Origin: Zygnema circumcarinatum SAG 698-1b | Taxonomy: Eukaryota > Plantae > Zygnematophyceae | NCBI GenBank assembly: GCA_037447605.1 | Contig: CM074819.1 | Coordinates: 558,001-622,000, forward strand | Direction of reading: 5' to 3' | Length of the DNA stretch: 64,000 nucleotides | Shown here: positions 53,582 to 64,000 of the stretch, piece by piece | Numbering within the stretch: position 1 is the first letter of the stretch | How the letters are laid out: every line of letters starts with the position of its first letter | Notes under the pieces: generated by a model | The model's database searches: none | Told to the model about the DNA's origin: nothing | Seen by the model: only the letters and a program-made list of their open reading frames with translations | Made by a program: the position numbers and the translations under genes

Positions 53582-56500
53582 ATGGAGGACATGGCGCAGC
53601 AGAGGGAGCAGACTCCGTCCGGTGAGAGCTTGATTGGATAATTTTCGTAGTATATGTGTAATATGTATGCATAGATTTATCTGTAAATGTTCTTTTTTGA
53701 GTTTTTTAGTTTTCGATCATTTTGGAGGATCAGTGAGTTTCAGGAGTTTGAGAGGACGATAAGCTGTTTTAGCAAAGAACTGAAATTAGGGTTATGTTTT
53801 CTAGATTCTTTTTAATTTTTTTAGAACACTTCTCTTGCCAATATTTTTCTCAAAAAGATTAAAGAGCCCTTTTAGTGCCAACAATCCTTTTTTCTAATTT
53901 GTTTTTGTTTTTCCATTTTGTTTTTTTTCTAAATTGTTGACCTTGAGGTTTGATTTGTATGCAGTGGCTGTGGAAGAGCAGCACGAAAAGCTGCGGCGCT
54001 TTGTGGACGAGTGGAGCATTCGAGGAGGGTGCCTCTTGCAGGTGATTATGCGGGGGGCAGAGAGGGGGAGAGAGAGAGGCAGAGATGAAGAGAGAGATGG
54101 AGAGAGAGAGAGGGGGGTGAGGGGGTGGGCGAGGGGAGGGCGGAAGGGGATGGGGTTGGGGAGGAGGGTGGAGGAGTGAGAGTGGAGGAGGGAGGACAAA
54201 GAGGGGGAATGGAAAAGGGAGGGAAGGGGAAAAGGGGGCAGAGAGAGGGCGAAATTGGAGGAAAGGGAAGGGAACGGTAAAGAAATGAGGAGGGAAAAAC
54301 AATGGGAGAAGTGGACGAGAAGGATTGGGAGGAACGAGCAGAGCGTCCTAACGAGATGGAGAGGGAGAGTACGTGAGGAAGAAGGAGAGGGAGACCGACT
54401 AGAGAGGGCGAGAGAGAGGATGAATGTCGCCTGCACATGACTCAAAGTGTCTCTCTCTGTTGACAGGATTTTGGATTCCATGTGACTCCCCTTGGCAGCG
54501 TTCCGGGAGATCTATGGAATGATCCAATGGCTTATAATGCTCAGATTCAGGAATTCACTTCTGTGCCGGATATAATCAGAGCTTCCAATGACCCATTTAA
54601 CAAATTTATCACTGTGTTCACATATCTGTGTCATGAAATATCCGTTCTTCAGTCTCAAGTAAGCCTCTCCCTCTCCCCATCCCCCTCCCACTCCCCCTCC
54701 CCCCCTCCTCCTCACCTTCTCCCTCTCCCTCTCTTCAGATTAGGAAACGTGTAACCCGCTCCCTCAACTCCGTTAAAATGCACCTTATAAAGCCTCAAAC
54801 TTCCTCTATTTCGTGCCCGCTACTGCAATTTTTTATGTGTTGCAAATTCTGTTCAGTTTTACGGTAAGTGAACTGAAAGGTCTTGACAGGCCCCCGTTCT
54901 ATGTGCAGGTGGTGCAGCAGTTTTTCCCCCAACTTTTGGTCTTTGGAATTCAAAGTCCACCTGATGAGGTTTGCTCTGAAGGAGAAGCTCAGGAATTGTT
55001 CGCGCGATTTATGCCACAGTTACAAAATCTGTTGGGCTGCATCGCCCATTTACGCGGATTTCTTCTTAATCTCGTTCAGCAGTTGTCAGTTTTATATCCA
55101 CGTAATGCAAAGGAGCCGAGACCATATGCGTACTTTCGAGAATCTGCACATTTGCGAGTAAAATCCCTCTCTCTCTCTCTCTCCCTCCCCCAAAATGCTG
55201 ATATGTTTAGAAAGCATGGAGAAGAAGTATGAGGGTACTGACAGGTGCATACATGCAAAACAGAAAAACACAGATGCTCATTTTTTCACTGAAGTGATCT
55301 CCCCCTCTCTCTCTCCCACTCTCGCACCCTCTCTCTCTGGGTCGCCACTCCCTCTCTCCCTACCTCTCGCGACCCCTCCCTCTCCATCTCTCTCTCTCTC
55401 TATCTCTCTCCTTCTGGGTTGTGCAGACTGCTGTTGCAGCTTTAGCAAAAGGGTTCGGTACTTTGGCGGCCCTTGATACTGTTATCGCCCATAATGCCGC
55501 AATTCCCCACGCGTTATCTTCCTTCATCAGGTGGGATGGAGCATTTGCATTTGTAGTTTTGAAGGGCATTTTGTATTTTAGGTTTTGGGGTTTCTTGCAA
55601 TAGATGTTATAAAGTCCCCCCTCCTAAAAGGAGAGCCCTTAGGAGGCGGAGGGAGACAGAGAGGGAGGGAAAGAGTGAGCGAGCGAGCTCTAAGATATTT
55701 CCAATGATTCAATCAAATGNNNNNNNNNNNNNNNNNNNNNNNNNNNNNNNNNNNNNNNNNNNNNNNNNNNNNNNNNNNNNNNNNNNNNNNNNNNNNNNNN
55801 NNNNNNNNNNNNNNNNNNNGGTCTGCCACGTGGCAGGTTTTTATCGAAAAATTGGCTCACACGCAGGACCGGAAACACATTCACACTATAGCAGTGGGAC
55901 ACGTGGCAAGCTCCCTCAGGGCGAACGGGCCCGGAGTGGCCCATACAAGTGTGAACGCGGCTTATTCTTTTCTGGCTAGGAAACTAGTCGTGGTTTCTCA
56001 CTTTTTGTATGACGACTTTATCAAATCGAGGATCGGGAAGGAGGAGAGGGAGTGGGAGGAGGTAGTGGGAGATGGGAGAGCACACGAATACTCCCTTGAG
56101 AGAGCGGAGAAACTTCACAAAGTGGGTTGTTTTCCAGCAAGCTCGGTCCTTAAAAAGAATAAAATAAAATGAGTTTGAGGGAAAAATGCGAAGGAAAAAT
56201 GCAGAAAAAGGAATGCAAGATGATATATCTATATATACATATCTTTTTTTTTTTTTTTTTTTTGCCTTTTTTTTTTCTACAGGATATCCGCAGGCTCGGT
56301 TTGACGGCTAAGGGCACGAGCTTTATGGACGCCCTGCGTGACGCTGTCACGGAGATCGGGAACGCGCTCGGACTCGTTCGCATAGTGAGAACAGGGGCAA
56401 TGCGACTCTGCACTTCTGCCGCGGGGTGAGAGAGAGAGGGCCAAAAGGGAGAGATCAAAAGGAGAGAGGGGGGGTGGGGGGGGAAGGGAGGGGGGGGGGG

Positions 56501-56988
56501 GAAGGGAAAGACATGGTTCATGGGAGTTTGTGTATATAAGCGTGAACCACATCATGGGTGGTAGTGGAAACGTAGAGAGGGAGGGGGAGGGGAGAGAGGG
56601 GGGAGGGAGGGAGGGAGAGTAGAGAGTGGGGAGGAGGGAGAAGGGAGGGGAGGGGGAGAGGGAGGAAGAGGAGAGGGTGGGGGGAGAGAGGGGGGAGAGA
56701 GGGAGGAGAGAGGGGGAGAGTGGGGGAGGGAGGGAGGGGGAGTGAGAGGGGAGAGAGGGAAGAGAGGGGGAGAGGGGGGAGGGAGGCGGGCGAGAGGGGG
56801 GAGTGGGGAGAGTGGGACGAGGGAGGGAGGGATGGGGTTGAAGAGAGGGAGACGGGGGAGAGAGGGGGGAGAGAGGGTGAGAGTGGGAGGAAAATAGAGT
56901 TGGAACTTCCTTTGTAAAGCAGGCTAATCTAAGAAGGACTATTTGATCGTCGGTGTGATTGTTGCTTGTTAGATCTTCTCTCTCTCTC

Positions 56989-57034
<46 letters not shown>

Positions 57035-58562
57035 TCTCTCTCTCTCTCTCACTGTCTCACTCTCTCTCTCTCTCTATCCCTACATCTCTATCTCTCTCCA
57101 CCCCCCTCTCGTTCCGCCTCACAGACACATCTCTTTCGCTCTCACCCGTTTTTAAGTACTGCAATCTCAGTCTCTCGCTATTTCTATGATCTTTGTTTTC
57201 AATTACTCCGTTGGGTCTTTCTTCCTTTTAATCTTCCTTCAAAATTTCCTCCCTTTTCAGGTATCTTCCGGACGCTCTTGAGAACATGAGCTTCCAGGAA
57301 GTTGCTCAAAAGGAGCCCTTTAGCACTCACACGCGCGAAGCTGCCACGTTATTGGACGCTGCAAGGACCTACATTCAAGCCGGAACTTCTTCCCAAAAAA
57401 TGGACTATTTCCGCATTCTGGTCGACGTTTTTGTACCGGTAAGAAAATCTTTCTTCATTCAAACCCAAACTTTGATTGAAAAACCCCAAATCAAAAAATC
57501 GTGAAAAATGAAAGGCAATCGTAGACAATGTCATGTGTAAAGTCTTAAAAGATGCATCGTGATGTGTTTGATCTCTCTTTGCAGGAATTGAGTAGTGAAG
57601 AAAATTTACATTTACGTCCCTTTTATCTCTTAGTCCCGGCCTTATCTTTGAATGCTGTGGAAGCCCTCCATAATGGGAAGGAGCGACTTCATAAACGAGG
57701 CCGTGACGCGACATCTGCAACGTTCATAGATGATGGATTTGTTCTTGGGTTAGGATATTTGCTGAAGGTAAGACTCCCTCTCTCTCTCCCGGCTCCTCTC
57801 TCTCTCCCGGCTCCTCTCTCTCTCCCGGCTCCTCTCTCTCTCCCGGCTCCTCTCTCTCTCCCGGCTCCTCTCTCTCTCCCGGCTCCTCTCTCTCCCGGCT
57901 CCTCTCTCCTGGCTCCACTCCCCTTCTCTCCTGGCTCCTCTCTCTCCTGGTTCTTCTTCTTTCTCTCTCCTGGCTCCTCTCTCCTGGCTCCTCTCTCCTC
58001 CTGGCTCCTCTCTCTCTCTCTCTCCCGGCTCCACTCTCTCTCCCGGCTCCACTCTCTCTCCCGGCTCCTCTCTCTCTCGGGGCTCCACTCTCTCTCCCGG
58101 CTTCACTCGCTCTCCCGGTTCCTCTCTCTCTCCCGGCTCCTCTCTCTCTCCCGGCTCTTCTCCTTGCTCCCCCTTTCTCTCCCTCTCCACCTCTCTTCGT
58201 CTCCCGTCCCTCTCTGCCGTCTTCACTTGTCCATCTCTGTCTCCCTCTACCACCACTCTCCCCACACTTTCGATCCTCATCTCCTCTCCGTCTTCCTCTC
58301 CCTCTCCCTCTCCCTCTCCTCTCCCTCTTTCTCGACCTCTCTCCTCACCTTTCCGACTCCCTCGTCACCTCTACTCACCCGCCCCCCACTCTCTCCCTTT
58401 CCCCTCCTTTCTCCGTCTCCCTCGTCCACTCCCTCTCCTCTCCCTCCCACTCTCTCTCCTCTCCCTCCCTGTCCCTCTTCCCCTTTTCCTTACTCACCTC
58501 ATCTCTCCGTCTACCTCCTCACCCCCATCGCTCCTTGTCGCTCATCCTCTTCCACTCCTTCC

Positions 58563-58593
<31 letters not shown>

Positions 58594-59316
58594 CCTCCCT
58601 CCCTCTCCAGGTTTTTCAGCAGGACAAGCAGTTTGACTCCCTCCACTGGTTCACCTCCGCCTGCAAAAAGTTCGCCTCCGAGAGGGACCGTCTCGAGGAG
58701 CTCATCGACCCTGAGGCGGGGGACGGGGGAATGGCCGGACTCAGGAGGTGGAGCATCAAAGTGGGGGCCATCTCGGCAGAAGAAGTGCATAATGCGCAGC
58801 TGGTCAGCGGAACCATCTCTCTCCCTCTCCCTCCGTCCCCTTTCACTCTCCCTCTCCCTCTCCCTCTTCCCTCCGTCCCTTTCCATTCCCTTTCCTCCCT
58901 CCCTCCCCCTCCCTCCCTCCCTCCTCTCCACCTCCTCTCCTCTCCTTCTCCTCTCTTCCTTCTCCCTCCTCTTCTCCTTCTTCCTTCTCCTCCCTCCCTC
59001 CCTCCCTCCTCTCTCTCCCTCTCCCTTCCTCTCCTTTCTTTCTTCTTTCTTTCTTCCTTCTCCTCTCTTCTCTTCCTCCCTCCCTCCTCTTCTCCTCCCT
59101 CCCTCCCTCCCTCCCTCCCTCCCCGTCACCCTCCGCCTCCCTCCGCCTTCCTCCGCCTCCCCCCCCCCCCCCTCTCTCCCTCTCCCTCCCCCTCTCACAT
59201 CGGGTTAGTGGTTTTGGGTTGTGGGTTGTCGTCAGGTCTTGAAGAAGACGAAGGCGTACTTGTCAGAGATGGAAGTGCTGCACTTCACGCTCGATAACGC
59301 CCGAACTTTCTTTTGA
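53582..59316 (+). CDS. WASHC4: WASH complex subunit 4 (KIAA1033/SWIP) homolog; central part missing in an assembly gap
   Basis: Exons 53582-53621, 53965-54041, 54467-54658, 54909-55157, 55427-55530, [gap 55720-55819], 55837-56121, 56283-56425, 57261-57438, 57585-57767, 58611-58802, 59236-59316. Motifs KFITVFTYLCHEI, LLVFG, KHIHTIAVGHVASSLR, GNALGLVRIVRTG, FYLLVPALSLN, FIDDGFVLGLGYLLKV..QDKQFDSLHWF. Confidence 0.9.
57775..58160. repeat. 18-bp minisatellite (CTCCCGGCTCCTCTCTCT)n in a WASHC4 intron
   Basis: Near-perfect units to ~57900, decaying afterwards. Confidence 0.9.
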
Positions 59317-59936
59317 GATAACGTGTAAATGTTGTAAGTGCAATTCTTGCTAGTAAATAGACTTTGCTTATAATCTCCAACATGGGCATCTTTGTTTCAG
59401 TGCACAGAAACGTGATGTTAAACCCTAAAGTCGGCTCCCTTTCTGTAAAAAGGATTTTAGGGTTTGCAGGAAAATTTTCGAGAATTATCGACGCTGTTCA
59501 CATGTGACTGTTGTGGTCGTGTTGTAGAATAGGCCCACGACAAAAATCAGGTCTAGTTTCGATTCGACATTTTTGTACAATACCTATCTTCAATACCATG
59601 CCTTGTGGGGAGGGACCCATGTCATGCCATGCTCGACATGGCATGTGGCATGACTCATGGTAATATTATCGACATTGCGATGGCTGACCTTTTAAACCAA
59701 GGTGGATCAACGAAGCTACTTTTGTCTATATGAACTAGTTCAACCTTTGATCTTGGATCCTCTCCACATGGATCCACTTGGATCTTCTGGATCACTTGAA
59801 ACCAAACCCAATGTGTACTGTACTTACAATCTACCTTTCAACTATATACTTGACCTATGTTGCATTGTGACAAAGTGTGGAATCGGATCAACCCAGATCC
59901 ACTCATTCCAAGTTTAACAGTGGATCCACCTCAAGA

Positions 59937-62761
59937 TTAGCTCAAGGGGAGGCCTCCAGCAGATCCACTGCCATCATCGTCGCCTTCGTTTTTTGCATTC
60001 AAAGGCTCCTCTTCGTCGGAAAGTTTGTCGTACCGTTCCATGTAAAGGCAGTAATGTTGGACGATGAACAAAACGTCAAAAGCAACAGTTTCCTGCAACA
60101 AAAAACGGAACGGAACAACAGAACAAGGAACAACGGAAAAAGGTTCAGCATAGAACCAGAAAGTTTCATTCAAAGGTCTCATCCTGAATATGTTTATGAT
60201 TGAATAGTAGTCTTGTTACTTTGAAGGTGTAAAAAGTTAAGGGTTCGAAGAATTGGGTTTTAAGGGTTCAGGGCCGAACAGAAAGGCTTACCACAGAAAG
60301 GCCGACCTTGCCAACATTGCCCGAAAAGTTCTCCGTAGATCCTGTTCACATGGAACACACATTCCGTTCAGTTATCGTAATCAATTCCGTTTTTGAAAAA
60401 AAAAAAAAAAACGCACAAATGAAGAACACCATTCCACAAAGACATCGTTATTCAGCAAGACCCAATTTCTCCTTACTTTAAAAACTGCAACGTTTCTGAA
60501 ACCCCATAATCCCTTAAAGCCAGGCAGAGATACGTTTCGCAGCAATTATTTCAAAATTTCAGGAATAGTTGGCTTATAGCAACTCTCTCCCTCACTCCCT
60601 CTCTCTCTCTCTCCCTTCCCCCCTCTCTCTCTCTCTCTCTCTCTCCACCTCTTCCCTTTTCTTTCCTTTGAGACTTACGTTGATCGATTGACTGTAGAGT
60701 CATTTGTAGGAAGGACGCAATTCCGCCGGTTATGTCAAAAAGGATGTTATTAATGCTCCATCCCACCGTACTTTTCCGTTGGAAATTGAACCACGCCTGT
60801 GAAACGGATTTCACACAAAGAAGAAATAATAATAAAAAGAGGAACAAAGAAAATTAGGGTAGAAATTGAAAGGAAGTAACTCTTTTTTATCCTAACTCAA
60901 TTTACCGGTCTCCTTTCTCTTCCTCCCCTATCCTCCCTCCGTCTCGCTCTTTGTCTCTCTCTGCCTTTATGCTTCATGATCCATCAATCGTCACTGAAGA
61001 GATAGGAGTGGCAAGGAGTGAGAGAGAAAGAGAGGGGGATAAAAAAAAAAGTGGGAACGGGGGAGGGAGGGAGAGAGAGAAAGACGGAGGAAGAGACAGT
61101 TTGAAAAGCGAAGCTGTACATTCCCTCGAAACCCTAGAAACTGAAAACCGTAAAACAACAATAAAATCCCAAAACAAATTACAAATGCGTACCTGAGGGA
61201 TGTATTTGATTGACGTCATCAGCAATTGTATATAGCTGCACTCCAACACCCCCTCCCGTTACAACCCTTTTTTTTGGGTGAAAAACAAAAAAAAACTTCA
61301 CAGTAAGCTCTCACCAATACGAACTCTCTCTCTCTCACATTTTTTTTTGTAACAACATCATCCCCAACACCTACACCTCAAAAGAATACCATCAACACCT
61401 TCAAAACCCTAAAACAACTAAAAACCGAAAAAACCCAAACCATCAATTCCACGTTCTCGAATCACGACATTGAAAATTTTAAACTAACTAACTAGAATTT
61501 ATTGATTTAAAAAATAGAAAAATCCCATACTTGAATGAGGTAACCAGCCAGAGCCAATCCCCGGAAGGGGCGGCGAGGAGGAGGAGGAGCAGAGCCCCGG
61601 CCCAAACGCAGGAAGAGATGAGAAGGCAAATGCGGGACACCTTCTGCCCGCCTTTCTGCACAGAGAGGCCACTCTCCCGCCGAGCTGAGAGGGGAGAGGG
61701 AGAGGGAGAGGGGGAGGGGGNNNNNNNNNNGAGAAGGAGAGGGAGGGGGAGAGGGAGAGGGAGGGGGAGAGAGAGAGGGAGAGGGAGAGGGAGAGGTAGA
61801 GGGAGAGGTAGGGATTACCTAGGTGATTAACATCTTAGGTTTCCCGCTCACCTCGTAAAGAATGATTTGTACGCCGGTAAGGGCGGTAAGGAGGACGGCA
61901 TGGACAGAAAATGCCACGTCACTTGCAGATACGGGAATGAGCTGCATTCAGCTCAACATACCTCATTATTAAACGATGAGGTAAAGGAGGATAAGACAAG
62001 TCAGACAAAAACCTACGATTAGGTCTTTACAGGTGTCTATGTAAGTGCAAAGGACACTCCTTTATGTACACCATCAAAACAGGTATTTTCCGTCAAAAGG
62101 GCAACATCTTTTGCTCATGTAAAGCAGTAATTTTCACCTCTTTGGCTCCGTATTTAGCGTGATACTGCGCCTGCACGACGGGACTGAAGAACAGGGAAGC
62201 GTTGAAAATAAGATATGACGTATGCTTTGTCAAATTAAAAACCAAAAAGTCAAAATTTAATCCAACCACACTGCACCCACCACCCCCCCCACCCCCCCCT
62301 TCTGAAAAATAATCAGCAAAGCACCTTTTGTTTAAAGTTACGAGTTTTTGACAAAATGAAAAAAAGAAAAATTGGACTATCGCTAATTTTCAGGGACTAT
62401 TTTAAAAACCCAACTCAGCGTTACACCTAAATTATTACGACGCATTAATTCTGACAATAAGATCTACAAATTAACAACTTAGAGGGGGCAGAACCTCTGT
62501 TCTCAACCTCCCTTCAAGCCCTCATTCCCAAAATTCTATCCAGTTCAAAACATTCAGAATAAAAAACAAAAAAAGGGGAGAGGGAGGGGGGGGGAGGGGA
62601 AAGAAAGAAGTGAATGTGTTTTACCTTTTCCTTTGAAAATTGAGTATTGCTTGTGGGTAGAAGCTGGATGACCAGGCAATGAAGGCGATCCAGCCGAGCG
62701 ATTCATAGAGGAAGTGAAGAAATCCGGAATGCCAAAAAGCTTCGCCATCGTCCAATGCCAT
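59937..62761 (-). CDS. CTNS: Cystinosin homolog (PQ-loop lysosomal/vacuolar cystine transporter family), 283 aa
   Basis: Exons 62761-62625, 62270-62138, 61941-61852, 61655-61531, 61235-61193, 60796-60679, 60341-60292, 60092-59937 total 852 nt. Motifs [73 protein letters not shown]. Confidence 0.96.
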
Positions 62762-63405
62762 CTCTGAAAAAAGCATAGCACTTCAATTTTAGTACTCAGA
62801 TAGCAAAAATACTCCTCACCTCTCTCTCGCTCTCTCTCCATCTCTCTCGTTCCGACTCTCTTCTCCTATTCCCCTCCAGCTACTCTCCTCCCCTTCTCTC
62901 CCCTTCTCTCCTCTTCTCCGATCTCCCCTCCTCGCCTCTCCTCTCGTCCCTCCTCCCCTCTCTCTCCGCTCCTCTCATCCTTTGCCGTTTTCCCCCTTCT
63001 GTACAAACTCTCCTCTCTTCGCCCCTTCTTTCCTCACTCCCCTCCCTCCCTCCCTTCCACTCTCCCCTTTCTCTCTCCCCTCCTCTCTCCCTTTTTCTCC
63101 CCTGTCCTGCCCCCTCCCCCCCCATAAACCTCGCTCTCCTCCTTTACCACTCTCTTTCTCCTCTCTCTCTCTCCCTCTCTCGCTCTCTCTTGCTCCCCAT
63201 ATCCCACAGCATTCCTTCCTACGGCCTTACCTGCCATCGCACCTCTTTCTCCCAATTCGAGAAGATGAGCAGGCTGTGCAGCGGTAAGCGACGGAATATT
63301 CAAAAGCCAATCTATCTGTTAGATAATAAGAATTCGTGCAGGATCAAAAAAATGTACTTTCTGCACTGTACGAAATGTACGACATGTGTACCTTCTCCGT
63401 CATTT

Positions 63406-63867
63406 GGGTCATACGACCAGGCCTCTTCAAATAGGGGAGATCCCCTAAATATCGTAAATAGCTTATTTATGTAAGATTTTGAGATTAGTTTACGTGATTT
63501 CAACTTAAATACCACACAAGCCCCAAAAAAGCATTTTTTTGGTTAAAAACAAAAAGGAAATGAATTGCATTTGCAACCACGATAGCAATGATGTATATGA
63601 ACTTTACTTGTTGGTATAACAACACGGCTTTAGAAACTGGTGCAACCTNNNNNNNNNNGTCTTTCTCCCATCCAATTACTGAAAAATCAGACTCGACGGT
63701 AGCAGTGTTGGGAAATGATGAAGCAAGGTCTCCACAAAATTCTCGTCCGTACGTGCACGGTTTCGTCCGTACAATCCATATTTACGTGTTTTTACAAAAC
63801 CAAGTTAGGGGACAGTCCCCTATCTTAAGCCGATTTCCCCTATTTGAAGAGGCCTGGTCATACGACT
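63406..63867. mobile_element. MITE-like element: ~460 bp non-coding segment with ~35-bp terminal inverted repeats
   Basis: Left GGGTCATACGACCAGGCCTCTTCAAATAGGGGA versus right TCCCCTATTTGAAGAGGCCTGGTCATACGACTC. The 22-bp core is a perfect inverted match with 3 mismatches outside it. No clean TSD was found, and there is a 10-N gap inside. Confidence 0.5.
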
Positions 63868-64000
63868 CATACCTCTGTACAGTAGCCTGTTAGTTGATGT
63901 CGATTTGTTGTAAAGTTGCGAGTACGGAGGAGAGGGAGGGAGAGGGAGCGAGAGAGCAGAGGGAGAGGGAGAGGGAGAGGGAGAGGGAGAAGGAGAGGGA

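Noticed and set aside
57775-58160. Possible CRISPR-like array
   Set aside because: Head-to-tail 18-bp minisatellite with no unique spacers, in a eukaryotic intron with no cas genes.
59418-59466. AAACCCTAAA...TTTAGGGTTT inverted pair after WASHC4 as a terminator or element
   Set aside because: Only 10-bp arms made of the ubiquitous telo-box word; expected given its local abundance.

Overview
Eukaryotic, intron-rich (GT-AG), gene-dense window from a green plant. It is most likely a streptophyte alga or early land plant; this is an inference from LUX, NAC, LPA1-like and PUB-type kinase homology, TTTAGGG-like repeats and WASHC4. Introns are packed with GA/TC low-complexity tracts, and ten N-gaps are present. 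Most ORFs in the supplied track are microsatellite artefacts. Exon chains were rebuilt by hand with phase checks. In order: LUX/PCL1-like GARP factor (+, 5' end outside window); cytosolic fructose-1,6-bisphosphatase (-, 12 exons, 338 aa); ASHH3/ASHR3-like SET methyltransferase with a C-terminal Tudor-like domain (-); a ~1250-aa fusion of leucine-zipper-like coil, NAC domain, MLKL/UND-like helical bundle and RLCK-IX-type pseudokinase (+); TAF1C-like (-) head-to-head with TAF1A-like (+), two Pol I SL1 subunits; LPA1-like P-loop NTPase (-); a small uncharacterised spliced gene (-); WASHC4 (+, middle lost in a gap); cystinosin (-). The strongest leads are the NAC/MLKL-like/pseudokinase fusion and the divergent TAF1C-TAF1A pair, whose promoter is bracketed by telomere-like arrays. 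A recurring CCAAT-N9-CCACG promoter module and CCGTAC clusters are further leads. All family calls come from manual motif recognition, not from database searches.
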